A stretch of 64,000 bases of DNA from assembly GCA_963741945.1 (NCBI GenBank), contig CAVUKA010000004.1, positions 64,001-128,000 of the forward strand. Reading direction: 5' to 3'. Positions 28,851 through 39,173 of the stretch are shown here, one piece after another (the first letter of the stretch is position 1; each line of letters begins with the position of its first letter). The translations under genes were made by a program, and so were the position numbers. Under the pieces are notes generated by a model. The model was not told the DNA's origin. It saw only the letters and a list, made by a program, of their open reading frames with translations, and did not search any database. Source of the stretch: an uncultured Gemmatimonadales bacterium. GTDB lineage: Bacteria; Gemmatimonadota; Gemmatimonadetes; Longimicrobiales; RSA9.

Positions 28851-30241
28851 CACGACCTCAGCCGCGGATCGAGGGCGTCGCGCAGACCATCGCCCACCAG
28901 ATTGAACGCGAGCACGGTGACCACCACCGCCAGCCCGGGGAACGTGGCCACCCACCAGGCGCCAATGAGGTTCTGGCGTCCGTCGGCGACCAGCGTGCCC
29001 CAGCTGGGCGTGGGCGGCTGCACGCCCATCCCCAGGAAGCTCAGCCCCGCTTCCAGGACGATGGTGTTCCCAATCCCGAGCGTGGCGGCCACGATCACGG
29101 GCGCCAGCACGTTGGGGATCAGGTGCCGGAGGATGATGCGCGCGCGACCGAAACCGAGTGCCCGGGCGGCCTGGATGTACTCCTGCTCCCTTAGGCTCAG
29201 CACCTCCCCGCGCACCAGCCGGGCAGTGCCCGGCCACTGCGTGAGGCCCAGAACCAGGATGATCAGGAGCAGGCTGGGCTTGAACAGCGCGATGATCATG
29301 ATCAGGAGCACCAGGCGCGGGAACGCCATGACCATGTCCGTGAAGCGCATGATCAGCGCGTCCACCTTCCCGCCCAGGTATCCCGCCACTGCGCCGAGGA
29401 GCGTCCCCAGCACAACGGCAATCGCCACGGCGATGAATCCCACGGCCAGGGAGATCCGTGCGCCGTAGATGATCCGGCTCAGGATGTCGCGCCCGAACTG
29501 GTCGGTGCCGAGAAGGTGCGACACGCCGGGCGCCAGGTAGCTGGTGGTGGTGAGATCGCCCTGCGCCAGCGGGTCGTAGGGCGAGACCAGAGGCGCGAGG
29601 AAGGCCACCAGGTACAGGACCACGATGATCACGAACCCCGCCAGCGCCAGGCGATTGCGTCGGAAATGTCGCGCCGCGATCGCCCACTGTGAAGCGCCGG
29701 CCCCGCCGCCGTCCGCCAGGGCGGCGCGCACCGCCGCTTCGCGCGACCCCTCGCCGGGTGCCGCGGCCGCGGCGGCGGCTCTCGCCCGGGCGTCGGCCGC
29801 GGCCGCATGCCGCAGGTCGCGCAGCGCGCCGAGCCACACCGCCAGCAGCGCCGCGGCGAGCGTGGCCACCGCCACCCAGTCGTCCAGCGAGCCCGTGGCC
29901 GGGGCCGAGGCGATTCCCGCCCGGCCGAACCAGCCGATGCCGACCAGCGCCCCCCACGCCAGCATGAAGCCGAGGCCGCGCACCGCAGAGCCGATCAGGA
30001 CGTGCCCGGCCCCTGGCAGGATTACGGAGAGGACGACGGCGGCCACGGACGCTCCGCCGGCCGGCGCCTCCTCCGCGGGTGCGGCCGCGTTCGCCGTCCG
30101 CATCCCGCCCGCCAGCTCCTCCACCGGCTCCGGCAGACCGCTCTCCGGATCCGCAGCCCGGCCGGGTCCGTGCTCCCCGGCATCGGCCGGGGGCTCTCCG
30201 CCCCCTCGTGGACCTCGCGCCCTGCGCCCGTCGTCAGTCAT
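28850..30241 (-). CDS. Oligo/dipeptide ABC transporter permease (OppC/DppC) with long N-terminal extension
   Basis: [56 protein letters not shown]. Confidence 0.92.
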   Translation of the reverse strand: MTDDGRRARGPRGGGEPPADAGEHGPGRAADPESGLPEPVEELAGGMRTANAAAPAEEAPAGGASVAAVVLSVILPGAGHVLIGSAVRGLGFMLAWGALVGIGWFGRAGIASAPATGSLDDWVAVATLAAALLAVWLGALRDLRHAAAADARARAAAAAAAPGEGSREAAVRAALADGGGAGASQWAIAARHFRRNRLALAGFVIIVVLYLVAFLAPLVSPYDPLAQGDLTTTSYLAPGVSHLLGTDQFGRDILSRIIYGARISLAVGFIAVAIAVVLGTLLGAVAGYLGGKVDALIMRFTDMVMAFPRLVLLIMIIALFKPSLLLIILVLGLTQWPGTARLVRGEVLSLREQEYIQAARALGFGRARIILRHLIPNVLAPVIVAATLGIGNTIVLEAGLSFLGMGVQPPTPSWGTLVADGRQNLIGAWWVATFPGLAVVVTVLAFNLVGDGLRDALDPRLRS

Positions 30242-31217
30242 AACGGATGCGGGGGTCGGCCGCGGCGTAGAGGATGTCGGCCACGAGGGAGCCGAGCACC
30301 ACGACCATGGCGAAGATGAAGCTGGTGGCCATGATCACCGGGTAATCCCGCTGGAAGATGGAATCCACGATCACGCGCCCCATGCCGGGCCAGGAGAAGA
30401 TCACCTCCACGAACACGCTGCCGCTGAACAGCAGGGGGAGATACAGGCCGAGCAGCGTGATCACGGGCAGGAGCGAGTTCCGGAGCGCGTGCTTGAACGT
30501 CACGATGCGCTCGGGCAACCCCTTCGCCCGCGCGGTCCGGATGTAGTCCTGGCGGATGACCTCGAGCATCTGGCCGCGCGTGTAGCGGGCGATCCCGGCG
30601 GCCATGACCAGCGACAGCGTGAGCACCGGGAGCACCAGGTGGACGAGGCGGTCGCCGACTTTCCCCCACACGCCCAGGTAGTCGTAATCCACGCTCGTCA
30701 TCCCCGTGGGCGGCAGCGCGATCGGCAGCCCCCACTCGTGCGCCTTGAGCGACAGGAGCAGCATGAGCATGAGCCCGAGCCAGAACGACGGCATGGAGTA
30801 GAAGAACAGCGACGTGACGCTCAGGATCCGGTCCGCCGCACGGTGCTGCCGCACCGCCTGCCACACGCCCGTCGTCACGCCCAGCACGAAGATCAGGACC
30901 AGAGTGCTCCCCGCCAGGATGAGCGTGGCCGGGAGCGTCTCCTGCACGATGTTCAGGACGGGGCGGCTGCGTGCGTAGGAGTAGCCGAAGTCGCCCGTGA
31001 AGAACGCGGTCAGCCACTTCCAGTAGCGAACCGCCAGCGGCTGGTCCAGTCCGAAGTTCCGCCGGATCTGCTCGATCACCTCCGGCGGCACGTTCTGGTT
31101 GACGTACATGGCCGTGGGGTCGCCCGGGGCGAGGTTCACCACGAAGAAGATGATGGTGGCGATCCCGAGCACGAGAGGGATGGCCCCGAGCAGCCGGCGA
31201 GCGACGTATCGCGCCAT
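30234..31217 (-). CDS. Oligo/dipeptide ABC transporter permease (OppB/DppB)
   Basis: LAPGDP, FGLDQP, DYIRTARAKGL, KHALRNSLLP, EVIFSWPGMG, DPRIRY. Confidence 0.95.
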   Translation of the reverse strand: MARYVARRLLGAIPLVLGIATIIFFVVNLAPGDPTAMYVNQNVPPEVIEQIRRNFGLDQPLAVRYWKWLTAFFTGDFGYSYARSRPVLNIVQETLPATLILAGSTLVLIFVLGVTTGVWQAVRQHRAADRILSVTSLFFYSMPSFWLGLMLMLLLSLKAHEWGLPIALPPTGMTSVDYDYLGVWGKVGDRLVHLVLPVLTLSLVMAAGIARYTRGQMLEVIRQDYIRTARAKGLPERIVTFKHALRNSLLPVITLLGLYLPLLFSGSVFVEVIFSWPGMGRVIVDSIFQRDYPVIMATSFIFAMVVVLGSLVADILYAAADPRIRYD

Positions 31218-31235
31218 GGTCCGCTCAGCCCCCGC

Positions 31236-32852
31236 TCAGAACGTGGACCACCGGGGCATGCTCTGGAACTCGCCTCTCTGGTCCATCATCACGCCCCTCA
31301 TGTCGTCGGTGGTACCGGCCAGCTCGTCGAGCCAGAACATGAACGTGAACGGCTGCACCTCCTGCAGCGTGCGCGTGAAGTCGGCCCAGGTCCGCTTCGC
31401 CTCCGCATCCTCCGTTGCCGCCGCCCCCGCCTCGATGAGGCTGTCCAGCCGCGCGCTCCGGACGCCGCTCCGGTTCGCGCTCCCCGGGACATCCGCCTGG
31501 CCGGAGGAGAAGAGCGCGTACGGGGCGGAGGCCACCTGGAAGTTGTCGAGCACCCAGTTGGTCAGGACGGCGTCGAAGTCGCGGCTCTTGTGCTGCGCCA
31601 GCATGGTCTGGAACTCCAGCACCTGGGGCACGGCCGCCACCCCGATCTCCGCGAGCTGGTTCTGCACCACTTCCACGATGGCCCGGTTCAGCGGCCGCTC
31701 GCTGGTCAGCAGCTGGAACCGCAGCGGCGTACCGGCCGCATTCTCGCGCACGCCGTCGCCGTTCCGGTCCACCCATCCGGCCTGCTCCAGCAGCTGCCTG
31801 GACCGGTCAGGATCGTACGGGAGCGGCTCCATCCCGGGATTGAACCGGTGCCACGGCGGGATTGTGCTCGTGGCAGGCTTCCCGTACCCGTGCAGGAGGG
31901 CGTCGATGATCTCCTGGCGATTGATCCCCAGCGTCATGGCACGCCGAACCGTCGCGTCATTGAACGGGGAGCGCTGGTTGTTCCAGCCGATGTAGAAGAC
32001 CGTGTTGCCCGGGTACGAGCGCAGGCTCGTGCTCCCCGTTTCCTGGATCCGCTTCACCTGGTCGGGCTGCACGGGGATGTCCACCTGGATCCCATGCGTG
32101 ATCAGCTCCGTCAGGAGCGTGGCCGGCTCCGGGATCACGCGGAAGACGATCCGGTCCGCCGCCGGCGCCCCACCGAGCCCCTCCGGGAACGAGTCGTTCG
32201 CCACGATCACGAGCCGGTCGTTCGCCCGCCACTCGCCGAAACGGAACGGACCGCTGCCCACCGGGTGACGGTTGAATTCGGAGTTCTTCAGCTGCGCCGG
32301 CGAGACTCCCTCCAGGATGTGCTTCGGCACCGGCGCCCACCAGAAGTCCTCCACCGCCTGGGCGTGTGGCCGGGTGAACGTGAAGCGGATGGTGTGCGCA
32401 TCGACGACGTCCGCCGACTTCACCGATCCCAGGTACGCTGCGCCGACGAGTGAGCCGGTCTCCGGCGCCTTCGCCAGGTCGAACGTGAACTTCACATCTT
32501 CCGCGGTCACGGGTGCGCCATCGTGCCACCGCACGTCATCGCGGAGCGCGAAGACGATGGCGGTGTCGCCTTCCAGGGTCCACCCGGCCGCCAGGTACGG
32601 CTCCGGCTCGAGCTGGTCATTGTACTGGATGAGTGGTGTGAACAGCCCGTACTTCAGGATCTGGTCCGTGTCGATGCTCGTGTTCGTCACGGGATTCAGG
32701 CCGCTGAAGTCGCTGCGCACCCCCACCGCCACCGTGCCGCCGTGCCCGGCGCTGCGGTCTCCGCCACAGCCTGACAGCGCTGCGCTCGCGACGGCGATTG
32801 TCGCCACGAAGGCCAGCCGCGCCGTGGTCCCGGTGCTGCAGTTCCCGCTCAT
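31236..32852 (-). CDS. Peptide ABC transporter substrate-binding lipoprotein (family 5)
   Basis: Lipobox LSGC, LRDDVRWHDGAPVTAEDVKFT, PVGSGPF, VRRAMTLGINR. Confidence 0.93.
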   Translation of the reverse strand: MSGNCSTGTTARLAFVATIAVASAALSGCGGDRSAGHGGTVAVGVRSDFSGLNPVTNTSIDTDQILKYGLFTPLIQYNDQLEPEPYLAAGWTLEGDTAIVFALRDDVRWHDGAPVTAEDVKFTFDLAKAPETGSLVGAAYLGSVKSADVVDAHTIRFTFTRPHAQAVEDFWWAPVPKHILEGVSPAQLKNSEFNRHPVGSGPFRFGEWRANDRLVIVANDSFPEGLGGAPAADRIVFRVIPEPATLLTELITHGIQVDIPVQPDQVKRIQETGSTSLRSYPGNTVFYIGWNNQRSPFNDATVRRAMTLGINRQEIIDALLHGYGKPATSTIPPWHRFNPGMEPLPYDPDRSRQLLEQAGWVDRNGDGVRENAAGTPLRFQLLTSERPLNRAIVEVVQNQLAEIGVAAVPQVLEFQTMLAQHKSRDFDAVLTNWVLDNFQVASAPYALFSSGQADVPGSANRSGVRSARLDSLIEAGAAATEDAEAKRTWADFTRTLQEVQPFTFMFWLDELAGTTDDMRGVMMDQRGEFQSMPRWSTF

Positions 32853-32879
32853 CCGCTCCTCCCCTGCTCGGCTACGCGC

Positions 32880-33785
32880 TCACCGACGCCACGTCCATTC
32901 CCTGGATCCGAATCGCGCGTCCAGGTCACGGGCACGGCGCTGCTCCTGCACGGTCAGCGCCGCAGGGGCAAGTCCAATGCCGAGCGCCTCTTCGAAGCCG
33001 CCGACCACCGCCGCCGCCAGCTCTCCCCACGTCGGGCGACGACCGAGCTCCGCCGACACCGTGGTCCACGCGATGCTCCCGCGCTGACCCGACAGCAGCA
33101 GCTCTTCCGCGGCCGCCTGGCTCCCCCCCACCAGGATGCTCCCGTGCTGGAGAATGGTTCGACCCTCGGTACGCTGGGCGCTCCCGATCAGCTTCCGCCC
33201 CCGTGACACCACCTCCCCCTGTGCCGGCGTCCGGAAGCACGCCGACAGCCAGTCGTGGCCTTCCGCGCCGGCGCCGCCCGGTCGCGGAGCTCCGGCCAGC
33301 GACGCCGCCAGGCCGAGTCGCCGCAGCCCGGCCACCAGCGCGCCATTGATCAGCCGGTACGCCGCGCGCGGCTTGCCGATCACGCCTACACCGGCGATCA
33401 CCGCGTACGTCAGCTCATCATCGTGAAGCACGGCCTGCCCGCCCGTGGGCCGACGCACGAACGCGATCCCGCGCTCGGCCGCGGCCGCCTCGTCATACAG
33501 GCCCGCCGCCGGCTGGTTGCGGCCGAACGACAGCGTGGCCGGATCCCAGCGGTAGAGGCGGAGCACGGGCGGCGCGCCGCCCCGTACGGCCTCGAGGAGG
33601 GCCGCGTCCAGTCCCATGTTCGCCGCGCCCGTTTCCGCGCGCGGGCTCTCGTCCGCTCCCAACCCGACCAGACGCCACTCCGCAGCCGCGCGCGGCCCAT
33701 CCGGAGCGCGAGCCGCCTCCACCGCGCCCTCCCCCTCTTGCTCGTGCGCCTGCCCCAACCGTCCTCCCGCGCTCGGCTGACTCAT
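32880..33785 (-). CDS. Lipoate-protein ligase / LipM-like octanoyltransferase
   Basis: NMGLDAALL, LRLYRW, RRPTGGQAVLHD, ACF, GRKLIGSAQ, LQHGSI. Start uncertain. Confidence 0.88.
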   Translation of the reverse strand: MSQPSAGGRLGQAHEQEGEGAVEAARAPDGPRAAAEWRLVGLGADESPRAETGAANMGLDAALLEAVRGGAPPVLRLYRWDPATLSFGRNQPAAGLYDEAAAAERGIAFVRRPTGGQAVLHDDELTYAVIAGVGVIGKPRAAYRLINGALVAGLRRLGLAASLAGAPRPGGAGAEGHDWLSACFRTPAQGEVVSRGRKLIGSAQRTEGRTILQHGSILVGGSQAAAEELLLSGQRGSIAWTTVSAELGRRPTWGELAAAVVGGFEEALGIGLAPAALTVQEQRRARDLDARFGSREWTWRR

Positions 33786-33883
33786 GATGCCCCGGTGTGC
33801 CGGGGCACGGGGCCCCGGTCGGTGGCCGGAAGCTAAGGGCGGCGCGGGTCGCGGGCTATCGGTCGGCCGCCCATCCGGGAGGG

Positions 33884-34276
33884 CTATGCCATCCGGGCGC
33901 CGTGCTCGGCCAGCAGCTCCCGCAGGACGGACCGGTGACACCGGCCCTCGTCCTCACAGTAGCAGCCCACCGAGAAGTCAGTGGCATGCGAGAGGGCGGC
34001 CAGCAGGTCCAGGTCGTGCCTGGCGGCCGGCTCCTTCATCTCCGAGCGGTACTTCCGCTTGAACGCAGCCCATTGCGCCGGCGTGTCCGCGGCTTGCGCC
34101 ATCTTCACCGTTTCCGCGCTCGGGGCCAGGTTGGGGAACCACACGTCGTACCAGTCCTGCGCCGCGAACTGGTCCTTCGGCACGCCGCGAGGCGGGCGGC
34201 GGACCGTCCCGACGCGCACCCCCTCTCCCGGCACCCGCGGCGTTCCCAGCCGCACCACTCGTATGCTCATTGCCAT
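33884..34276 (-). CDS. DUF488 family protein
   Basis: GTVRRPPRGV, VWFPNLAPS, F...YRSEM, CYCEDEGRCHRSVL. Confidence 0.85.
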   Translation of the reverse strand: MAMSIRVVRLGTPRVPGEGVRVGTVRRPPRGVPKDQFAAQDWYDVWFPNLAPSAETVKMAQAADTPAQWAAFKRKYRSEMKEPAARHDLDLLAALSHATDFSVGCYCEDEGRCHRSVLRELLAEHGARMA

Positions 34277-34399
34277 CCCTCCACGACCCGGAAATCAGCG
34301 CGCGCGGGTGTGCGCGAGATCCCCAGAGACAGGCAAAGGGAGATGGCAAAGGCCGGACCCGCCGATGGGCCCGGCCCCCACCTCTCCCGGCCTCGACCG

Positions 34400-37315
34400 C
34401 TACACGGCAGCCGGCTCGTATTCCTCCACGGGCGGGCACGTGCACACCAGGTTGCGGTCCCCGAACGCAGACTGGATCCGCCCGACCGTGGGCCAGATCT
34501 TCTGCTCGCGGCCCGGCTCCGGGAACGCCGCAAGCTCGCGAGAGTACGGCCGGTCCCAGTCGCTGCTCACCACCATGTCCACGGTGTGCGGCGCGCCATG
34601 GAGCGGGTTGTTCTCCTGGTCCCACTCCCCGCTCTCGATCTTCCGGATCTCGTCCCGGATCGCGATCATCGCGTCGCAGAAGCGATCGAGCTCCTCCTTC
34701 GACTCGCTCTCGGTGGGCTCCACCATGAGCGTCCCCGCCACCGGGAAGCTGACCGTGGGGGCGTGGAAGCCGTAGTCCATGAGCCGCTTGGCGATGTCGA
34801 TGGCGTCCACGCCCGTGGCCGGCTTCAGCGGACGTGGGTCGATGATGCATTCGTGCGCCACCGTCCCGTTCCGCCCCGTGTACAGCACGTCGAAATGCCC
34901 CTCCAGCCGCTTGGCCACGTAGTTCGCGTTCAGGATCGCCGTCTTCGTGGCCAGCGTGACGCCCTCCGCCCCCAGCATCCGGATGTACATCCAGGAGATG
35001 GGCAGGATGCTCGGGCTGCCGAACGGCGCCGCGCTCACCGCCCCGATCCCGTGCTCCCCGCCCGTCTTCACCACCGCGTGGCCGGGGAGGAAGGGCGCGA
35101 GGTGCTCCGCCACCCCGATGGGGCCCATGCCCGGGCCGCCGCCGCCATGCGGGATGGCGAACGTCTTGTGCAGGTTCAGGTGCGCCACGTCGCCGCCCCA
35201 GTCGCCCGGCCGGCTCACGCCCACCATGGCGTTCATGTTGGCGCCATCGATGTAGACCTGTCCGCCGTTCTCGTGCACGATCTGGCAGATCTCGCGAATC
35301 GCTTCCTCGAAGATCCCGTGCGTGGACGGGTACGTGACCATGATCGCGGCCAGCGTGTCCCGGTTCGCCTCGGCTTTCGACCGCAGGTCTTCCACGTCGA
35401 TGTTGCCGGCCTCGTCCGTCTTCACGACGACGACTTCGAATCCGGCCATCACCGAGCTCGCCGGGTTCGTCCCGTGCGCCGACTGCGGGATCAGGCACAC
35501 GTTCCGGTGCCCCTCGCCGCGCCCCTCGTGATAGCCCCGGATCGTCAGCAGCCCCGTCAGCTCCCCCTGGCTACCGGCGTTCGGCATGAAGCTGACCGCG
35601 TGGAAGCCCGTGATCTCCGCCAGCCACGCCCCAAGCTGATCGATCATCTCGTGGTATCCCGCCGCCTGGTCCGCCGGCACGAACGGATGCAGCGCCGCGA
35701 ACTCCGGCCACGTGATCGGATACATCTCCGCCGTGGCGTTCAGCTTGAGCGTGCAGGAGCCGAGCGGGATCATGGACCCCGTCAGCGAGACATCCCTGTT
35801 CTCCAGCCGCTTCAGGTACCGCAGCATCTCGTGCTCGGCATGGAAGCCGTGGAAGACCGGGTGCGTGAGGTACGCGCTCGTGCGCTGGAACGGCTCGGGG
35901 AAGTGCGGCTCGAGCTCGCCCGCCAGCCCGTCCATCCACCCCCGCGCGGTGCTGCGGGCGACGGCGTCGCCTTCACCCCCGGCGCCGAACACCTCCACCA
36001 GGTCGAGCAGGTCATCGCGCGACACCGTCTCGTCCAGCGACACGCCGAGCGTGAACTCGTCCACGACCCGCAGGTTGATCCCCTTCTCCTTCGCCGACCT
36101 CAGGATGGCGTCCACCCGGCCCTGCCCCACTTCCACACGCAGCGTGTCGAAGAACGGACGGTGCACGATGGTGTGCCCCAGCTTCTCCAGCATGTCTGCC
36201 GCCGCGGCGGTCAGGCGATGCACCCGGACCGCAATGGCGCGCAGCCCGTCCGGGCCGTGATAGACCGCGTACATGGCCGCGATCACCGCCAGCAGCACCT
36301 GCGCCGTGCACACGTTGCTCGTGGCCTTCTCGCGACGGATGTGCTGCTCACGCGTCTGGAGCGCCATGTAGTAGGCGTCCTTTCCACGGCTGTCCTTCGA
36401 GATGCCGATGATCCGACCTGGCATCTGGCGCTTGAGCTCGTCTCTGGTCGCGAAGAACGCCGCGTGCGGACCACCGAATCCCATGGGGACACCGAAGCGC
36501 TGCGTGCTCCCCACCGCCACGTCCGCACCCCACTCGCCGGGCGGCGTGAGCAGCGTCAGCGCCAGCAGATCCGATGCGGCCACCACCAGCGCACCGGCCG
36601 CGTGAGCCTTCTCCACCAGCGGCCGGTGGTCCGTGACGGCGCCATCGCCGGCGGGGTACTGGACGAGTACGCCGAAGACATCGTCGCCGATCTCCCACTC
36701 GGCCGGGCTCCCCACTTCCACGGTCCAGCCCCGCGCCCGAGCCCGCGTCCGGACCACGTCCACGGTCTGCGGGAAAACGTCGTCGGAAACGAGAAAGCGG
36801 GTGCGATTCCCCTTTGCCGCGGCGTGGCAGAGCGCCATTGCCTCGGCGGCCGCCGTGGCCTCGTCCAGCAACGATGCGTTCGCCACCGCGAGGCCGGTCA
36901 GGTCGCTGATCATGGTCTGATAGACCAGCAGCGCCTCCAGGCGCCCCTGCGAGATCTCCGCCTGGTATGGCGTGTACGCCGTGTACCAGCCCGGGTTCTC
37001 GAGGATGTTCCGCTGGATCACCGGCGGCGTGATCGTGCCGTAATAGCCCATCCCAATGTAGGAGCGGGCCACGCGGTTCTTCACCGCGATCGAGCGGAGC
37101 TCCTTCAGAGCCTCGTACTCCGAGAGAGGCGGGTCGAGCTGGAGCGGACGGTCGAGCCGGATCGCCTCCGGCACCGCGGTCCCCACCAGCGCGTCGAGGG
37201 TGTCGTAGCCCACCGTCTCCAGCATCTCCGCGATGTCGCTCTCGCGGGGTCCCAGATGACGGCGGATGAACAGGTCGGTGTAAGCCAGCGAATGGCGTCT
37301 ATCTTGGACGGACAT
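34400..37315 (-). CDS. gcvP: Glycine dehydrogenase (decarboxylating), single-chain P protein
   Basis: [63 protein letters not shown]. Confidence 0.98.
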   Translation of the reverse strand: MSVQDRRHSLAYTDLFIRRHLGPRESDIAEMLETVGYDTLDALVGTAVPEAIRLDRPLQLDPPLSEYEALKELRSIAVKNRVARSYIGMGYYGTITPPVIQRNILENPGWYTAYTPYQAEISQGRLEALLVYQTMISDLTGLAVANASLLDEATAAAEAMALCHAAAKGNRTRFLVSDDVFPQTVDVVRTRARARGWTVEVGSPAEWEIGDDVFGVLVQYPAGDGAVTDHRPLVEKAHAAGALVVAASDLLALTLLTPPGEWGADVAVGSTQRFGVPMGFGGPHAAFFATRDELKRQMPGRIIGISKDSRGKDAYYMALQTREQHIRREKATSNVCTAQVLLAVIAAMYAVYHGPDGLRAIAVRVHRLTAAAADMLEKLGHTIVHRPFFDTLRVEVGQGRVDAILRSAKEKGINLRVVDEFTLGVSLDETVSRDDLLDLVEVFGAGGEGDAVARSTARGWMDGLAGELEPHFPEPFQRTSAYLTHPVFHGFHAEHEMLRYLKRLENRDVSLTGSMIPLGSCTLKLNATAEMYPITWPEFAALHPFVPADQAAGYHEMIDQLGAWLAEITGFHAVSFMPNAGSQGELTGLLTIRGYHEGRGEGHRNVCLIPQSAHGTNPASSVMAGFEVVVVKTDEAGNIDVEDLRSKAEANRDTLAAIMVTYPSTHGIFEEAIREICQIVHENGGQVYIDGANMNAMVGVSRPGDWGGDVAHLNLHKTFAIPHGGGGPGMGPIGVAEHLAPFLPGHAVVKTGGEHGIGAVSAAPFGSPSILPISWMYIRMLGAEGVTLATKTAILNANYVAKRLEGHFDVLYTGRNGTVAHECIIDPRPLKPATGVDAIDIAKRLMDYGFHAPTVSFPVAGTLMVEPTESESKEELDRFCDAMIAIRDEIRKIESGEWDQENNPLHGAPHTVDMVVSSDWDRPYSRELAAFPEPGREQKIWPTVGRIQSAFGDRNLVCTCPPVEEYEPAAV

Positions 37316-37608
37316 CGTTCCGCTTTGATCGCGTGAGATCGCCGCCCGCCCACGGGCGGCAAAGCATTGAATGATACAGCCGACGGAAGACGTGAGAAAG
37401 CCTGCGGCCGCCCCGGCGGGGTAGGCGCGCGGCCATCGCTTCGTGGCGGGCACCCTCAACCCCTCCCCCACAGCCACGACACGATGTGCGCGAAGATCCC
37501 GAAGCGCACGAAGAACCGGTCACCCGCCGCCGCCGCACACCGCGCCTTCCCCCTTCCCCCCGGCATCCCGCGGGTGCCCCCCGCACCAACCGGCGATATC
37601 TTCCTCCG

Positions 37609-38100
37609 ATGCCCAGCACCGCCCGACGCCTCGAGTCCGCCTGGCGACGCCTCTCCCGCCTCCCCGGCGGGCACCGGCTGTTCGACCGCCTCCTCGGCCG
37701 CCTGGTCCCGTACTCCGGCAGCATCCGCCCCCGCGTCCTCGCGCTCGAGCCCGGGCGCGCCGTGGTCCGGATCCACGAGCGACGCGGGCTCCACAACCAC
37801 CTGGACTCGATCCACGCCATCGCCCTCGCCAACCTCGGCGAGCTCGCGAGTGGCCTGGCCATGACCATGGCCCTCCCGCGCGACGTGCGAGGCATCCCGA
37901 TCCGCCTCCAGATCGCCTACCTGAAGAAGGCGCGTGGCACCATCACCGCCGTGGGTCGCGCCTCACCGCCGGCCCGCGTGGTCGCGGACACCGAGGACGC
38001 GGCTACGGCGGAAATGAGGGACGAGGGCGGCGACGTGGTGGCGCGGATCCGGGTGCACTGGAGGCTGTCGCCGGAACCCCCATCAGGGACGGACCGATGA
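37609..38100 (+). CDS. Hot-dog fold thioesterase-like protein (DUF4442/PaaI-like)
   Basis: VPYSGSIRP, LHNHLDSIHAIALANLGE, YLKKARG. Confidence 0.82.
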   Translation: MPSTARRLESAWRRLSRLPGGHRLFDRLLGRLVPYSGSIRPRVLALEPGRAVVRIHERRGLHNHLDSIHAIALANLGELASGLAMTMALPRDVRGIPIRLQIAYLKKARGTITAVGRASPPARVVADTEDAATAEMRDEGGDVVARIRVHWRLSPEPPSGTDR

Positions 38101-39077
38101 ACCTGGATACCCGCCTCACCGCCCACGCGGGCATCGCCATCCCGGTCATCGGGGGCGCCATGTACCCCTGCTCGAACCCGGAGCTGGTGGCGGCCGTCAG
38201 CGAGGCGGGCGGGATCGGCGTGGTCCAGCCGGTATCCCTCACCTACGTCCACGGCCACGACTTCCGGGAAGGGCTCCGCTACATCCGCCGCCTCACCGCG
38301 AAGCCCATCGGGATGAACGCCCTCATAGAGTCGTCGTCGCGGGCATACGAGAAGCGGATGGAGCAGTGGGTGGACATCGCCCTGGAAGAGGGGATCCGCT
38401 TCTTCGTCACGTCTCTCGGCAAGCCGACGTGGGTGGTGACGCGCGTGGCGGCGGCGGGCGGCGTGGTGTACCACGACGTCACCGAGCGCAAATGGGCGCT
38501 GAAGGGGCTGGAGAGCGGAGTCCACGGACTCATCGCCGTGAACCGGCGCGCGGGCGGCCACGCGGGGCCGAAATCGCCCGCGGAGCTCATGGACGAGCTC
38601 GGTGACCTGGGCGTCCCGCTGGTCTGCGCCGGTGGCGTGGCCACGCCCGAGGAATTCGTCGCCGCCCTCCGTCTCGGCTATGCCGGCGTGCAGATGGGCA
38701 CGCGCTTCATCGCCACCACCGAGTGCACGGCAGCGCAGCCGTACAAGCAGGCCATTCTCGAATCGGACGAGGACGACATCGTTCTCACGGAGCGCATCAC
38801 CGGGGTGCCGGTGGCCGTGATCCGCACGCCGTACATCGAGCGCCTGGGAACGCGCGCGGGGCCCCTCGCCCGCTGGATGCTGCGCGGGCGTCGTCGCAAG
38901 AAGCTCATGCGGGCGATCTACGCGCTCTGGTCCGGCTGGCGGCTGAAGCGCTCGTCCTATGACGAGACCGGGCGCCACGACTTCTGGCAGGCCGGCCGGA
39001 GCGTGGCCGGCATCCAGGACGTCAGCCCCGCGGGAGAGGTGGTCCGGGAACTGGCGGAGGCGGCGAAGTCGGCCTGA
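38097..39077 (+). CDS. Nitronate monooxygenase / FabK-like FMN enzyme
   Basis: AAVSEAGGIG, AGGH, CAGGV, GYAGVQMGTRFIATTE, WQAG; ATGA overlap with the upstream gene. Confidence 0.9.
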   Translation: MNLDTRLTAHAGIAIPVIGGAMYPCSNPELVAAVSEAGGIGVVQPVSLTYVHGHDFREGLRYIRRLTAKPIGMNALIESSSRAYEKRMEQWVDIALEEGIRFFVTSLGKPTWVVTRVAAAGGVVYHDVTERKWALKGLESGVHGLIAVNRRAGGHAGPKSPAELMDELGDLGVPLVCAGGVATPEEFVAALRLGYAGVQMGTRFIATTECTAAQPYKQAILESDEDDIVLTERITGVPVAVIRTPYIERLGTRAGPLARWMLRGRRRKKLMRAIYALWSGWRLKRSSYDETGRHDFWQAGRSVAGIQDVSPAGEVVRELAEAAKSA

Positions 39078-39173
39078 GGCGGGGAGCGGCCGGCGGCCAC
39101 CCCGTCGTGGCTATGTGCGAGCCCCGCACGCCGGCCCGCCTTCTCCACCCCCCGCCCGCGCGGCGCCGCGCTG

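Noticed and set aside
33797-37336. 1179-aa plus-strand ORF and similar long ORFs (2335-5133, 29625-32453, 26740-28818, 20882-22678)
   Set aside because: Antisense shadows of well-supported genes, expected in high-GC DNA; Arg/Pro/His-rich with no motifs.
37316-37600. Glycine riboswitch upstream of gcvP
   Set aside because: Only loose resemblance; the GGAGA...CCGAAG...CTCTCAGG core is not present. A plausible -10 (TATCAT near 37371-37376, minus strand) would leave only a ~50-nt leader. An Rfam RF00504 scan would settle it.
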